Shown piece after piece: positions 52,391 to 64,000 of a stretch of 64,000 bases of DNA (position 1 is its first letter; the number at the start of each line of letters is the position of its first letter). The notes beneath the pieces are model-generated. The model searched no databases. It was not told the origin of the DNA and worked only from the letters and a program-made list of their open reading frames with translations. The stretch lies in NCBI RefSeq assembly GCF_009914755.1, contig NC_060937.1; one strand, 5' to 3'. Origin of the DNA: the human T2T-CHM13v2.0 reference genome, Homo sapiens. Both the position numbers and the translations under genes were made by a program.

Positions 52391-53264
52391 CTCACACTAA
52401 AGCAGATCCCGTAGGAACCACACTTCTTTCTGGTGATGGGGATGAGAGGGAGTTGCATCTGCCTTCTGCCCCTAGCGAGTGGATGTAGGCCCAGTTGCTT
52501 GGGTGCAAGAGTTCACGTGCAGGTGTGACAGGTCTCAGCCAGGACAGTGGTTTTTGGATGTGGGTGGGGACCGGAGGCTGCCCCTGGTGCTGTGTGGACA
52601 GGGTGCTGTTCTGAACCACAGAGGAGCTTCGGAGCCCTCTGTCCTCTGCGGCGTTCAGTCCGCCTCCAGTTACTAGGCCGGGTGTAGACACAGAAGTAGA
52701 GCCTGTTCTTGGTGCCATTGGCCCCGGGTCCTGGCACTGCCCACCTTGGTGGGGAGGGTTTCTCCAGAGAGGGGCTGTGCCCCCAGCTCCGCGTCCAGCG
52801 GTGTTTTGCTGCCTCATAACCTGCAGGTACTGGGAGCTTTGGCGCCTGCTTTTCAGTCTCAGTGGACAGACTGGGATTTCCACTCCTGACTTGGGAAGAA
52901 CAGGGTCTTTGCTTTGCATTGAGGCTGCGGTGGAGCACAGAGAGTTCAGAGATACCCAGGGTAGCAGCAGCCTGAGACCAGCACCAGCTACCAACTGAAC
53001 CAGGCTGTGCGGCCCAGGCCAGGCCCCCGTGCGATTTCAGCTCCGGGTCACCTGGCCCCCATCCTCTCCCCTGGGCAGCTGGAGGCTCCAGGCCTTCCTG
53101 TGGCTAGCTCCTGCCCCAAGGCTGCCCTGCTGACTGCACCCTCGACCCTGTGGCTCAGGCTGGCCTCTGGGGGTCCCCGGTCTCTGTGGTTCCAGTGAGG
53201 CAGCAGCTCCCAGATGCCACCTCCACACTGTGGGTGGGCCAGCCAGTGCTGAGAGGGAGCCACT

Positions 53265-53358
53265 CTCCACCTCTGTGTCCACCATCCACTCCAAGCTCCC
53301 AGGCTGCCTCCACGTTGTGTCCACCGTCCACTCCAAGCTCCCAGGCTGCCTCCACGTT
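53265..53358. repeat. 42-43-bp tandem duplication (about 2.2 copies)
   Basis: tgtgtccacc.tccactccaagctcccaggctgcctccacgtt occurs twice. Confidence 0.88.
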
Positions 53359-54669
53359 TGGGCATGAGGGGATCTTGTTGCATCTGCTCCTCTTCCTAGC
53401 TGGGCCCTCCACAGCCAGTGTACCCCAAGGAGCAGCTTCTCCCTCCCACCCACCCCCGCCGGCCAGGGGTCCTCATGCCGTGGCCCATGCCCATTTGCAC
53501 AGGGACGCAGGGGGTCTCACACACAGGCAGGGTCCGCCCCCAGCTGCCGTCGGCGTCACTCCACACACATAGGCTTCTGGGCGGTGCTGGAAGCTTCTGG
53601 CCCCTGAACGTTCCCCCCAGGCCCCGTTTCAGGGAAAGGAAAGGCAGGCGCAGGCTGCGGCCGTTTCCACAATCCACCTCGTAGCTGGGGCGTGCCGCTT
53701 GCCTCGGCTTGTCCCGGCAGAACACTCTTACCTTTAATGGCGACTGAAAAGTTGCCACGAGTTCCTGATCATTGTGGTAGGTGCTGCGTGAAGCTGAGAC
53801 GTGCGTGAGCCACATCCCAGGGGGCTTTGAGCCCCCACCGCGGCGGCGGCTGAGGGGAGGCTTGTCGTACTCGCACAGGAGGACACAGGGCTGCAGTGTT
53901 CACTCCAGGGCCTCTTATCATTGGGATCTGAGGAATTTTCCGAGAGGAAGTGCGAATTAACAATGATGAAAGGTTTGTGAGTGAGTGACAGGCACGTTCT
54001 ATTGAGCACTGCATGGGGCATTGTGTGCCACCAGAGACGGGGGCAGAGGTCAAGAGCCCTCGAGGGCTGGGAGAGTTCGGAGGATAGAAGTCATCAGAGC
54101 ACAATGAAGCCAGACCCTGCAGCCGCCTTCCCCTTCGGGGGCTTCCTTAGAATGCAGCATTGCGGGGACTGAGCTGTCCCAGGTGAAGGGGGGCCGTCAC
54201 GGTGTGTGGACGCCCCTCGGCTCAGCCCTCTAAGAGACTCGGCAGCCAGGATGGGCTCAAGGCATGAGCCCTCAAAGGAGGTTAGGAAGGAGCGAGGGAG
54301 AAAAGATATGCTTGTGTGACGTCCTGGCCGAAGTGAGAACAATTGTATCAGATAATGAGTCATGTCCCATTGAGGGGTGCCGACAAGGACTCGGGAGGAG
54401 GCCACGGAGCCCTGTACTGAGGAGACGCCCACAGGGAGCCTCGGGGGCCCAGCGTCCCGGGATCACTGGATGGTAAAGCCGCCCTGCCTGGCGTGGCTGG
54501 GCTTGGCCAAGACCCAGAAGCAGAAGTTCCGGAAGCTGGAGGCAGTGGCTGTGGGGGGCGCAAGGCGGCGGGGGACTGTCGCTGTTACGAGACAAAGCTG
54601 CAGTTGTCGGAGGCTGTGTGCACCCTGGGTCTTCTCAGTGAGGACGTGGATGAGGGGCGGCGAACCCAC

Positions 54670-55105
54670 CATTATCTGTTCTCCATAAAAAGCTACCCTA
54701 AACTTAGTTAGCTTGAAAAGCCCTATTTTACAGATTTATTCTTCATTTAGTGGCTCAGAAGTTCCAAAAGGGCTCAGCCAGGTGGTTCTTCACTCCACGC
54801 ACGGGGCACTGACTGTGTCCTCTGCTCAGCTGTGTCCTCATGGGGGCTGGGCTGGAAGGTCCTGGGGGCTGCAGTCCCGCACCTCCACCTCCCTGCCCTT
54901 TCACAAAGTCCACCCTCAACCCTGGGTACTGGCCTCCTCAGAGCAGGTGGATGCAGGGTCGTGGGACCACCTGCCCAATGACTACAGGGCATGAGAGGGC
55001 AGCTGCAGTGTTCTGAGTCCCAAGCTCACTTCCGCTGAGTCCTGTGGGCAAAACAGATCGCAAGGCCAGACCCAGGCTCGGGGGAGGGAAACGGACTCCG
55101 TCCGG
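54670..55105 (-). mobile_element. Old MLT1 (H/I/J-like) LTR relic
   Basis: ttatctgtt...ctaccctaaacttagttagcttgaaaa...agggctcagccaggtggttctt...tcacttccgc...caaggccagacccag resembles the reverse of older MLT1 families. Confidence 0.5.
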
Positions 55106-55224
55106 CCAAGGCAGTGTGGCAGGGTCAGTGGCCGGCTCCAGCAGGCAGACCTGGAGCCCAGCCTGTGTGACTCCAAAGTCAGTGTTCGAATGGAGCTCTT
55201 TGGAATTGAATTGCTTAAAAGGCG

Positions 55225-55580
55225 CCAATGTCGGAGAAGCTAGACGATACCCACAAACAGTACAGTTAGGCAGGTTATTAGTGCACATGCATATATGGAA
55301 TATTATGCAATATTTAAAATAATGGTTACATTGTTTAAAAGCATGGAAGCGGTTTGTTCTCAGTGTCAGGAAGGAGGCAGGAGACAAGCTTCTCTATGCA
55401 GTATCACCTCAACAAGGTTAAAAAAGCCCATAGAAAAAGGCTTGGAAAGAAGCATGTTGAATTGTCACGGTAGCTGTCCCATGGTGGCCAAAATAACGAG
55501 TGATTGTCTAAATTCACATCACTTTTGTGTACTTTCCAAATATTTTCTTCAAGCAGCACACATTTCTTTCAAATAAAAAT
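55225..55580 (+). mobile_element. L1ME-type 3' UTR relic
   Basis: atggaatattatgcaatatttaaaa...agaaaaaggcttggaaag...tgtactttccaaatattt; AT-rich. Confidence 0.5.
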
Positions 55581-55710
55581 TACGCAACGATGAAGAACAT
55601 GCCTCAGTTTTAACTGAAATACTGGGTGCTGATGAAAACGGGCCGACATCTGTGGAACCCCCGGGGGCATGGAGCCCTCGGCTAAGGGTCTGCCTCTGGT
55701 CTCTCCCCAG

Positions 55711-55825
55711 GTGGGCGGGGGCAGGACGGAAGCCCGGTTATCACCTTCCCTGACTACCCGGCCTTCAGCGAGATTCCGGACAAGGAGTTCCAGAATGTCA
55801 TGACCTACCTCACCAGCATCCCCAG
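55711..55825 (+). CDS. MCF2L: MCF2L shared coding exon (115 nt), (G)GRGQDGSPVITFPDYPAFSEIPDKEFQNVMTYLTSIP(S), CRAL-TRIO/Sec14-like domain
   Basis: Acceptor tctggtctctccccag|GT and donor CCCAG|GTACGT; phase 1 to phase 2. The LSGGRG..G.P.I.FP motif is typical of Trio/Kalirin/Dbs Sec14-like domains. Confidence 0.95.
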
Positions 55826-55845
55826 GTACGTGCACCCAGAGCCCG

Positions 55846-57178
55846 GCAGACATTGTGGTTTGGGGCAGAGTCCCTGTGAGATTTCACCAGGGTGGGGTCC
55901 CTGCAACTATGGGATGAGGCAGAGTCCCTGTGAGATTTCCCTGTCATGGGGTCCCCGTGACTGTGGGTCGGGGCAGAGTCCCTGTGAGATTTCCCCATCA
56001 TGCGGTCCCCGTGACTGTGGGTCAGGGCAGAGTCCCTGTGAGGTTTCCCCATTGTGGGGTCCCCGTGACTGTGGGTCGGGGCAGAGTCTCTGTGAGGTTT
56101 CATCATGGTGGGGTCCCCGTGACTGTGGGTTGGGGCAGAATCTCTGTGAGGTTTCATCATGGTGGGGTCCCCGTGACTGTGGGTCGGGGCAGAGTCCCTG
56201 TGAGATTTCACCAGGGTGGGGTCCCTGCAACTATGGGATGAGGCAGAGTCCCTGTGAGATTTCCCTGTCATGGGGTCCCCGTGACTGTGGGTTGGGGCAG
56301 AGTCTCTGGGAGGTTTCATCATGGTGGGGTCCCCGTGACTGTGGGTCGGGGCAGAATCTCTGTGAGGTTCCACCATGGTGGGGTCCCCGTGACCGTGGGA
56401 CGGGGCAGAGTCCCTGTGAGATTTCCCCTTTGTGGGGTCCCCATGACGGTGGGACGGGGCAGAGTCCCTGTGAGGTTTCACCATGGTGGGGTCCCCGTGA
56501 CTGTGGGTCGGGGCAGAGTCTCTGTGAGGTTCCACCATGGTGGGGTCCCCGTGACTGTGGGTTGGGGCAGAGTCCCTGTGACTGTGAGATGGGGCAGAGT
56601 CTCTGTGAGGTTTCCCCATTGTGGGGTCCCTGTGACTTTGGGACGGGGCAGAGTCTCTGTGAGGTTCCACCATAGTGGGGTCCCCGTGACTGTGGGTCGG
56701 GGCAGAGTCTCTGTGAGGTTCCACCAGGCTGGGGTCCTCGTGACTGTGGGTCGGGGCAGAGTCTCTGTGAGGTTCCACCATGGTGGGGTCCCCGTGACTG
56801 TGGGTCGGGGCAGAGTCTCTGTGAGGTTCCACCAGGCTGGGGTCCCCGTGACTGTGGGTCGGGGCAGAGTCTCTGTGAGGTTCCACCAGGCTGGGGTCCC
56901 CGTGACTGTGGGTCGGGGCAGAGTCTCTGTGAGGTTCCACCAGGCTGGGGTCCCCGTGACTGTGGGTCGGGGCAGAGTCTCTGTGAGGTTCCACCAGGCT
57001 GGGGTCCTCGTGACTGTGGGTCGGGGCAGAGTCTCTGTGAGGTTCCACCATGGTGGGGTCCCCGTGACTGTGGGTCGGGGCAGAGTCTCTGTGAGGTTCC
57101 ACCAGGCTGGGGTCCCCGTGACTGTGGGTCGGGGCAGAGTCTCTGTGAGGTTCCACCATGGTGGGGTCCCCGTGACTG
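55846..57178. repeat. 54-bp VNTR, about 24-25 copies, starting about 20 nt after the exon donor at 55826
   Basis: Unit gtgactgtgggtcggggcagagtctctgtgaggttccaccatggtggggtcccc. Confidence 0.98.
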
Positions 57179-59059
57179 CAGGATGAATTAGGGTCTCTGG
57201 GAGCCATCATTGAGTTCCCCGTGGCTTTGCTGAGGGGTTAGAGCTTTGTCAGCATCATGGTTCCGAGGAGCTCAGGAGTCTGCCTCAGATCTGATCTGGG
57301 GTCCGAATCCAGCTTTTTCGCTCCTGAGCTGCCGTTTTTTCCTGGAGCTCGGAGGCCCACCTGGAGGCCCAGTTGCTCAGCAGTCGGGATCTGACTTAGC
57401 CTGAGCGCCGCTGTGCTCCCTCGTATACCATCACTGCGCATGCCTGTTCGATCAGCAGAGTTCTGCGGTGCGAGGGCTTCTGTGTTCTTAATGCCGAGGA
57501 GCCCATCTGCACGGGACCTGATGCTCATGGGAGCAGAGCCCGTCCACGTGGCCTCTCTGTGTCGTGGTCAGGCCCTGGGGGCGTGGCCGCCTCCTGCCCT
57601 TTCCAGGAAAGAACTGACCCCAGAGGTACCAGAAAATCCGGTTAACAAAAATGGTTCCCTCAGGCTGCAGTTTTTTGTTTTGTTCCAGACAGAGCTGGGT
57701 CCCTGTCCTCTGAAAAGGTAGGGAGCCCAGTTCTGTGTCTCCCCAGCGGCGGGCAGGAGAGCAGCATCAGGCCGGTGAGCTGCAGGCTGACTTGGGAGGG
57801 GTGCCGAGGGGGTCTCTCATCTGATGTGCTCGTCCCAGCCTCCAGGAAGATGCTGAGAATGTCAGCCTCACACCAGACAGTGTAGTTGCTGCTTCCATTT
57901 GGGGTATAGTGAACACACACCAAGTAAAAACAGAAATATCCTTAAATATGGCATCTGTATCCCTCACATTACATAAGGTGGCAAAACACAGAGGAGATGT
58001 TTAACCATCAGCGTGAAAGTGCAGCCGTGGCCATTACCGTGAAGGTTCTTCATTCTTCAGTCTTTAAAGACAACAGCGCACTGGGCCTGGTAACTGAGAG
58101 CTCAGCCCGTCGGCCTGACCTGGAAAGCAGCACATTGATCCCCTGATAAATATCACATAACCACCAGCTGGCAGCAGCCAGCCTCTGCAGTCATGCCTCA
58201 AGGAGAGGGAGAGCGGTGGGCACCTCTGTCCACTTGGCGGGTTGAGGTGGGAGCTGGAGGAGCAGGGAGCCTCACCGGTGGGCCTTTCGGGGGCAGGACG
58301 TCTTGGTGGGCAGAAAGAAGGGGGCTCGTGACTGACTATGGTCAAAGCCCTGGACATGGCGGTGTCCTGGTAGCCCCAAATCACTGTGTGTTGGGTTTGT
58401 GGTTTTGACCTCAGTCTCTTGTCTGTTGTGAGAATCTTGCACCCCCTATGCGCCAGGCTCTGCTGGCTGAGCTGAGTGCACGGAGGAGGGGCTGGGTCTC
58501 GGGCCGAGCGGCCGAGCTCCCTGAGGGGCTGATGGGACCGGCTTGGTGGGGCAAGGCTGCGATGCTGCAGACGGTTTCCACACATTCCTCCCTGGTTCTC
58601 AGCCACACTGTGGCAGGAAGGCAGTTATTAAGCCCATGTTATAGATGAGGCTTAATAACACGGTGATGGCTGGAGAAAGGGGATGGCTGGGCAGGGGAGC
58701 GCCCGAAGGCTCAGACCACATGGCCGTACCCCGAGGACGTAGGCTCCAGGTGTGCTGTGGCCAGAGGGGTGTCCTGGGGAGGGCGGTCATCTCCAAGCCT
58801 CCAGGCCTTTGTCTGTCACCTGCACAGGAGGAAGGGCCTGTGTCCCAGGGGACGGCCGGCCTGACAGGTACATCCGCCCCCTGATGGCACCTCCTGGCAT
58901 GGGGCTAAATGAGATTCTGTGGTGTCCACACTGAATGCTGACTGGTCAGACTCATGCTCAGAAATCAGGGCTGTTGTCAGTGCTTGCTACTTGGAGCCAT
59001 GAGCTGGGGCGCCTCCTGTTTGTTGAACCTTCCTGTCTCTTTTGTCTTAGAAACTTCAT

Positions 59060-59162
59060 GGAGTCCCTTAGCTACCCACATCCCTTTCTCAAGATTTTTC
59101 TAGAATCTGCGGAGTTCCTTAGCTACCCACATCCCTTTTCTTGAGATTTGTCTAGAATCTGC
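59060..59162. repeat. 51-bp two-copy tandem duplication
   Basis: ggagt.ccttagctacccacatcccttt...agattt.tctagaatctgc at 59060 and 59111. Confidence 0.9.
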
Positions 59163-59654
59163 AGCACTCAAAGGCCACCCATCAAGGCCATAAGAGTGTG
59201 GTAGGCGGCACGTGTTCATGTGTGCACGCCTCTGTTTATCCGATGTTCTGGAACCTTCCATGGCCTCCTTGCTGCTGCCCCACTTGTCTGTCTGCTTCTC
59301 CTGAGATCCAGGAATCTCAGATGGGTCCAGACTCCTGCAGGACAAGACCCACTCAGCCACCTCTGTAGATTGCGCATCTGTGAGTCGCACAGCCTGGTCT
59401 GGCTGAAGGTGGCCGGAGCGCAGGCCCAGTCCCCGCTGTGGACACGCGGGCCCCAGGTTGCTCAGAGGCAGCTCCATGGATCCCCACTGTTCACCTGTGT
59501 ATGGAAACTCAGGTTTTCTGGTCACACTTAGATAATAAAAAGTGGAAGAGGCCTTTCTATCACCAAACGCTCTAAATCAGATCCTGGAAATGCCAGCTTC
59601 ATTCAGCCATGAGCAGTGCTGCTGACCGTGGAGCTGTTTCCCCCACCAGACTCA

Positions 59655-59900
59655 GTGTGGGTGTCTGAGTGTGTGGTGTGAGTGTGTGTAATGTGAGCCT
59701 GTGGTGTGTGTGGGGTGAGTGTGTGGTGTGTGTGGCGTGTGCGGGGTGTGTGTGGGGTATGTGTGGTGTGTGTGTAATGTGAGCATGTGGCATGTGTGGG
59801 GTAAGTGGTGTGTGTGGTATGTGTGGACTATGTGAGGCATGTGTGGGGTGAGTGTGGGGTGTGGTGTGTGGGGGGTGTGTGTGAGCGTGAGTGTATGCGT
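59655..59900. repeat. (TG/GTG)-rich simple repeat
   Basis: Direct reading. Confidence 0.93.
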
Positions 59901-61077
59901 GCATTCTACCCACGTTTCCTTTCTTCCCAGGTAGGTCTCATCAGTGTCAGACCCAATGCTCCCTTTCTATCTGGAAATAAAACTCTTTGATAACAAAACC
60001 CAACCTGTGTGAATTTGGGAGGACGCCCGTGTGCCCTGATCAGAAGGACCCACAGAAGGGAAGCTGCGGGCCTGTAAGAGCCACCTGTCCCCTGGCTGTC
60101 CCGGCATCCTAGGGCGCAGCAGCCGCGGCAGCTCCCCTGGATTTCTGTGAGCACGGGGCTGCAGGCGTGCTGTGGGGACCCCGTGCCTCCAGGGTGTTGC
60201 CATTGAGCATGTCCTTCCAGAGAGAGTGAACAATTCTTGACACATTTCTAAGGGAAATCTTCTTCCTAAGGGCATCTACGGGATGCCTTCTTGAGAAGTG
60301 CAGAGTGTGTTAAAAATGTGGGGGTCAATCATGGCCTCTGCAGATAAAACCAGGGTCCCTGCAAGCCTTGCAGGTGCAGCTTGGCAGAGGGGACCGTCCC
60401 AGAGGAAGTCTCTGCATCCCTGGCAAGCAAAATTGCCAGGCTAGTGACAAGGAGGAGACCTGCCCACTGCGCCCTGAGGGTGCTGTGTCCCCGGGAAGTA
60501 CCCTCTGCGGGGGACCCTCTTCCCAAGGTGGGGGCGGGGCTGCCCTCTGCTGGAGACGCGGAGCATTGCGGCTCGGTCCCGGGACATCCCTGGGAGACCA
60601 AGAGAGGGAGGGGAGCTTGGACCTTTTCTTCCAGGAGATGGTGGACGAGACCCTGGCACAGGCGGTTCCCCAGCACGCAGTTTCCAGACAGCTGCACAGC
60701 CAGCACATTCTTTAAGTGGGAAAAAAGTGAAATTGACCAGGCCTGTTCTTTCACATGTCAATGCAAATTAAATGGACAAATCTCTCGTGAAGGCTGCTTT
60801 TAAGGGGTTTCAACTGTTACATTCTAAACCAAGCATCACTTTTATCAATTTAGAAAGAATGTTGTATTCTAATTTTAACTTTCCTTCTGTTTTCATATGC
60901 AAATGCCAGGTGTCCCAATTTAAGCACTACATCTGACTATACTCATCATTTTTGGAATATTAGACTGAAATAGGTTTGCCCCAAATGGTTTGGGGCACCT
61001 GTTAATATAAACCAAGTTTTTGGTCCTTGGAAAGACGACTCATCAGGGCGAAGGGGGTGAGCTCGTGCTTTGCTGAC

Positions 61078-61535
61078 TCAGGTGTCTGCCGACGCCCGGT
61101 GTGGACTCTCAGGTGTCCGCTGACGCAGGTGTGGACCCTCGGGTGTCCACTGATGCAGGTGTGGGCCCTCGGGTGTCCGCCGACGCCCGGTGTGGACCCT
61201 CAGGTGTCTGCCGACGCCCGGTGTGGACTCTCAGGTGTCCGCTGACGCAGGTGTGGGCCCTCGGGTGTCCGCCGACGCAGATGTGGGCCCTCGGGTGTCC
61301 GCCGACGCCCGGTGTGGACTCTCAGGTGTCCGCTGACGCAGGTGTGGGCCCTCGGGTGTCCGCCGACGCCCGGTGTGGACTCTCAGGTGTCCGCTGATGC
61401 AGGTGTGGGCCCTCGGGTGTCCACCGACGCAGATGTGGGCCCTCGGGTGTCCGCCGACGCAGGTGTGGACTCTCAGGTGTCCGCTGATGCAGGTGTGGGC
61501 CCTCGGGTGTCTGCCGACACAGGTGTGGGCCCTCG
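61078..61535. repeat. 30/31-bp CpG-rich minisatellite, about 15 copies
   Basis: Units aggtgtgggccctcgggtgtccgccgacgc and ccggtgtggactctcaggtgtccgctgacgc. Confidence 0.96.
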
Positions 61536-61894
61536 TTCGTCAGAGGGCAGGTTCGGATCTCTGAAAACCCTATAGCCCTTCCTACTCCTAATGGAGCTCC
61601 ATTTAACCAACATCGGCCAGGCCTTGATAGGAGCCAAGGTCTCAGAGAGGCGATAGAGACCAGCGACAAGCAGATTCCAGACCCTGTATGGCCCCCTTAG
61701 AACCACATGGCCGGGGAGGAGATGCACAGGTAGACGGTCAGACCTGTGTGTCCAGGCACTGCTTGCTGAGAAGTCTCAGTGGTCAGCACACACTGGGAAC
61801 ACAACAGCAAATAAACAGAGAAAATTGTGGCGCTGAGACAATATGTCAGCTATGGAGGGCGTACAGGGCAGCAGGGCTGTGGGAAAACAATGTG

Positions 61895-62180
61895 AGAAAG
61901 AAAGAGAGACAGAGAGACAGAGACAGACAGATACAGACAGAGAGACAGAGACAGACAGATACAGACAGAGACAGAGACAGAGAGAGACAGAGACAGAGAG
62001 TGACAGAGAGACAGACAGAGACAGAGAGAGACAGAGAGAAGAGACAGAGAGTGACAGACAGAGACAGAGAGACAGAGACAGACAGAGACAGAGACAGAGA
62101 GAGACAGAGAGAAGAGACAGAGAGTGACAGAGATAGAGACAGACAGACAGAGACACGGAGACACAGAGATAAAGAGAGCA
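61895..62180. repeat. (GACAGA/GA)n purine-rich simple repeat
   Basis: Direct reading. Confidence 0.95.
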
Positions 62181-62694
62181 CAAGGGAGGCAGAGGGCAGG
62201 GGTGGCAGCATCACTGCAGACAAGGAACTTAATGTAAACTGGGAAGCATTCGTCACAGAGATCCCAGGAGGGCGCCAGCGGCATCTTTGGGGGCAGCGAA
62301 CGCACCAGGGGGCAGGACAGAGTGCCGGGGAGTCGGGGGCTGTAGGGACAGAGTCTGGGAGGTGAGACAGGGTCTGTGGAGCCTTTTCTGAGGAGCTGTG
62401 TTTTCTGTGAAGTGGGTGCCAAAGAGTTCATGAGCTGCCAGAATGCAGGGTGGAGGGAGAATGCGGGGTGGAGGGAGGAGCTGGGAGATGGGGAGGAGGG
62501 CGGCGGCCCTCAGAGAAGGGACGAGGTGGGAAGCCTGGAGCTTGCTGGAGGAGCAGTGTGGAAGGAATTCACTGAAGCTGATGATGACGCTTACTTTCCA
62601 TGGGCCTGGCTCAAAGCTCCCAGCTCCTTGGGAGGTAGGGACTCCATCTACCAGCCAGCTTGCCGGGACAGGGGTCACATTCAGCCCATAAGAG

Positions 62695-62910
62695 GCATGT
62701 ACACATACAGATGCACACACGCACCTACACAGGCTTGCACATGCCACACACACACACACACACACAGATGCACGCAGACACGCAGGCACTCATGCACTTA
62801 CATACACAGATGTGCATGTGTATAACCACACACGTGCACACACACACACATGCAAGTGCATGCATACCCCCCCACAGACCTGCACATGTACACACCACAT
62901 GCATGCACAG
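62695..62910. repeat. (CA)n-rich low-complexity tract
   Basis: Direct reading. Confidence 0.9.
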
Positions 62911-63433
62911 TTTGTGTGGTGTATGGGGAGGGTGCGTGTGGGACGCAACAGAAACACGAATGTAATCATTAGGCTTCCAGTCAAGAGGAGAGTCCTCCTA
63001 TCTCACTGATTCTAAGATAAGCACCTGGAGCCAACTCGGTTTGTCGTCCCCCTGCGGTGACCTGAGCACCCTGTCCTGCTGTCTGAGCTGGAGGGCAGCT
63101 GGACCCCAGCCCTTGGAAGAGCCCCACTTCTCGCTGTGGGTTTGATTTCCTATTGAACTTTGAATTGGCTTTTGAATATAAGGACAGGAAGTGTCTGTGA
63201 GCGTGTGTGAGCGTGCTAAACAATTTAATACGTGTGCATTAAAAAGTGAAGCTTCCACTTCACCTCCTGCTTCCCTCCCCCACAGCTAACTGTGGAGCTG
63301 CACTGGGGTGACACCCAGGCTGTTCATCCACGTGTGGTGGGACAGCACAGGACATGCCGCCTCGCAGCTTGCTGCTTCTGTTCAGCGGTGTGTCGTGGCG
63401 CCCTTCTACCTTGGCGCCATTTGCTGCTGCCTT

Positions 63434-63743
63434 TCATTTTATATATTTTTTTTTCATGTTTTGAGACAGGGTCTTGCTCTGTCACCCAGACTGGAGTGCA
63501 GTGGCAGGATCTCAGCTCACTGCCACCTCAACCTCCTGGGCCCAAGGTGATCCTCCTGCCTCAGTCTCCTGAGTAGCTGGGACTGCAGGCATGAGCCACC
63601 ACACCCGGCTAATTTGGGTATTTTCTGTAGAAATGGAGTCTCACCATGTTACCCAGGCTGATCTAGAATTCTTGGGTTCGAGTGATCCACCCACCTTGGC
63701 CTCCAAAGTGCTGGGATTACAGATGTGAGCCATCGTGCCCGCC
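63434..63743 (-). mobile_element. AluJ element
   Basis: gagacagggtcttgctctgtcacccag...gatcctcctgcctcag are J-type diagnostics; degenerate tail. Confidence 0.93.
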
Positions 63744-63808
63744 TGTGCCTTCCTTTTAAAGGCTTCCTGGCCCCTGTGATGTAAGCGGACCTGGTGTGCT
63801 CACTTGGG

Positions 63809-64000
63809 CTGGCCCCCGTGACATGAGTGGACCCCGTGATGTGAGTGGACCCTGTGACGTGAGTGGCCCCCGTGATGTGAGTGGCCCCCGTGACATTAGT
63901 GGACCCCGTGGCGTGAGTGGCCCCCATGACGTGAGTGGCCCCTGTGACATTAGTGGACCCCGTGGCATGAGTGGCTGCCATGACGTGAGTGGCCCCCGTG
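63809..64000. repeat. 18-bp minisatellite, at least 10 copies, running off the window end
   Basis: Unit gtgagtgg(a/c)cccgtga(c/t). Confidence 0.95.

Noticed and set aside
61688-62431. Arg/Glu/Asp-rich and Ser/Leu/Val-rich ORFs
   Set aside because: Translations of the (GACAGA)n simple repeat.

Overview
Primate (very likely human) GC-rich genomic DNA lying entirely within the 5' part of MCF2L (DBS/Ost, a Rho-family guanine nucleotide exchange factor) on the + strand. The gene is recognised from memory of the protein, not from a database search. The window holds two alternative phase-1 first coding exons (10847-10937, MAEKGAS...; 33021-33093, MTVRRLS...) and two shared exons (45872-45955, 55711-55825) encoding the start of the CRAL-TRIO/Sec14-like domain. 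The rest is intron: Alu/FRAM, MIR, L1M, L2, MER5A, MER1B, Tigger4b and MaLR (MLT1) relics, plus a dense set of minisatellites and simple repeats, which account for almost all long ORFs in the track. I see no RNA genes, CRISPR arrays or intact mobile elements, and no clearly new biological system. The best leads are a tandem-repeat-built cluster of five perfect CRE palindromes (25218-25509), a 54-bp VNTR about 20 nt after the 55825 splice donor that stays in frame with the exon, the divergent alternative N-termini, and a GC-shifted L1 relic containing an expanded repeat.
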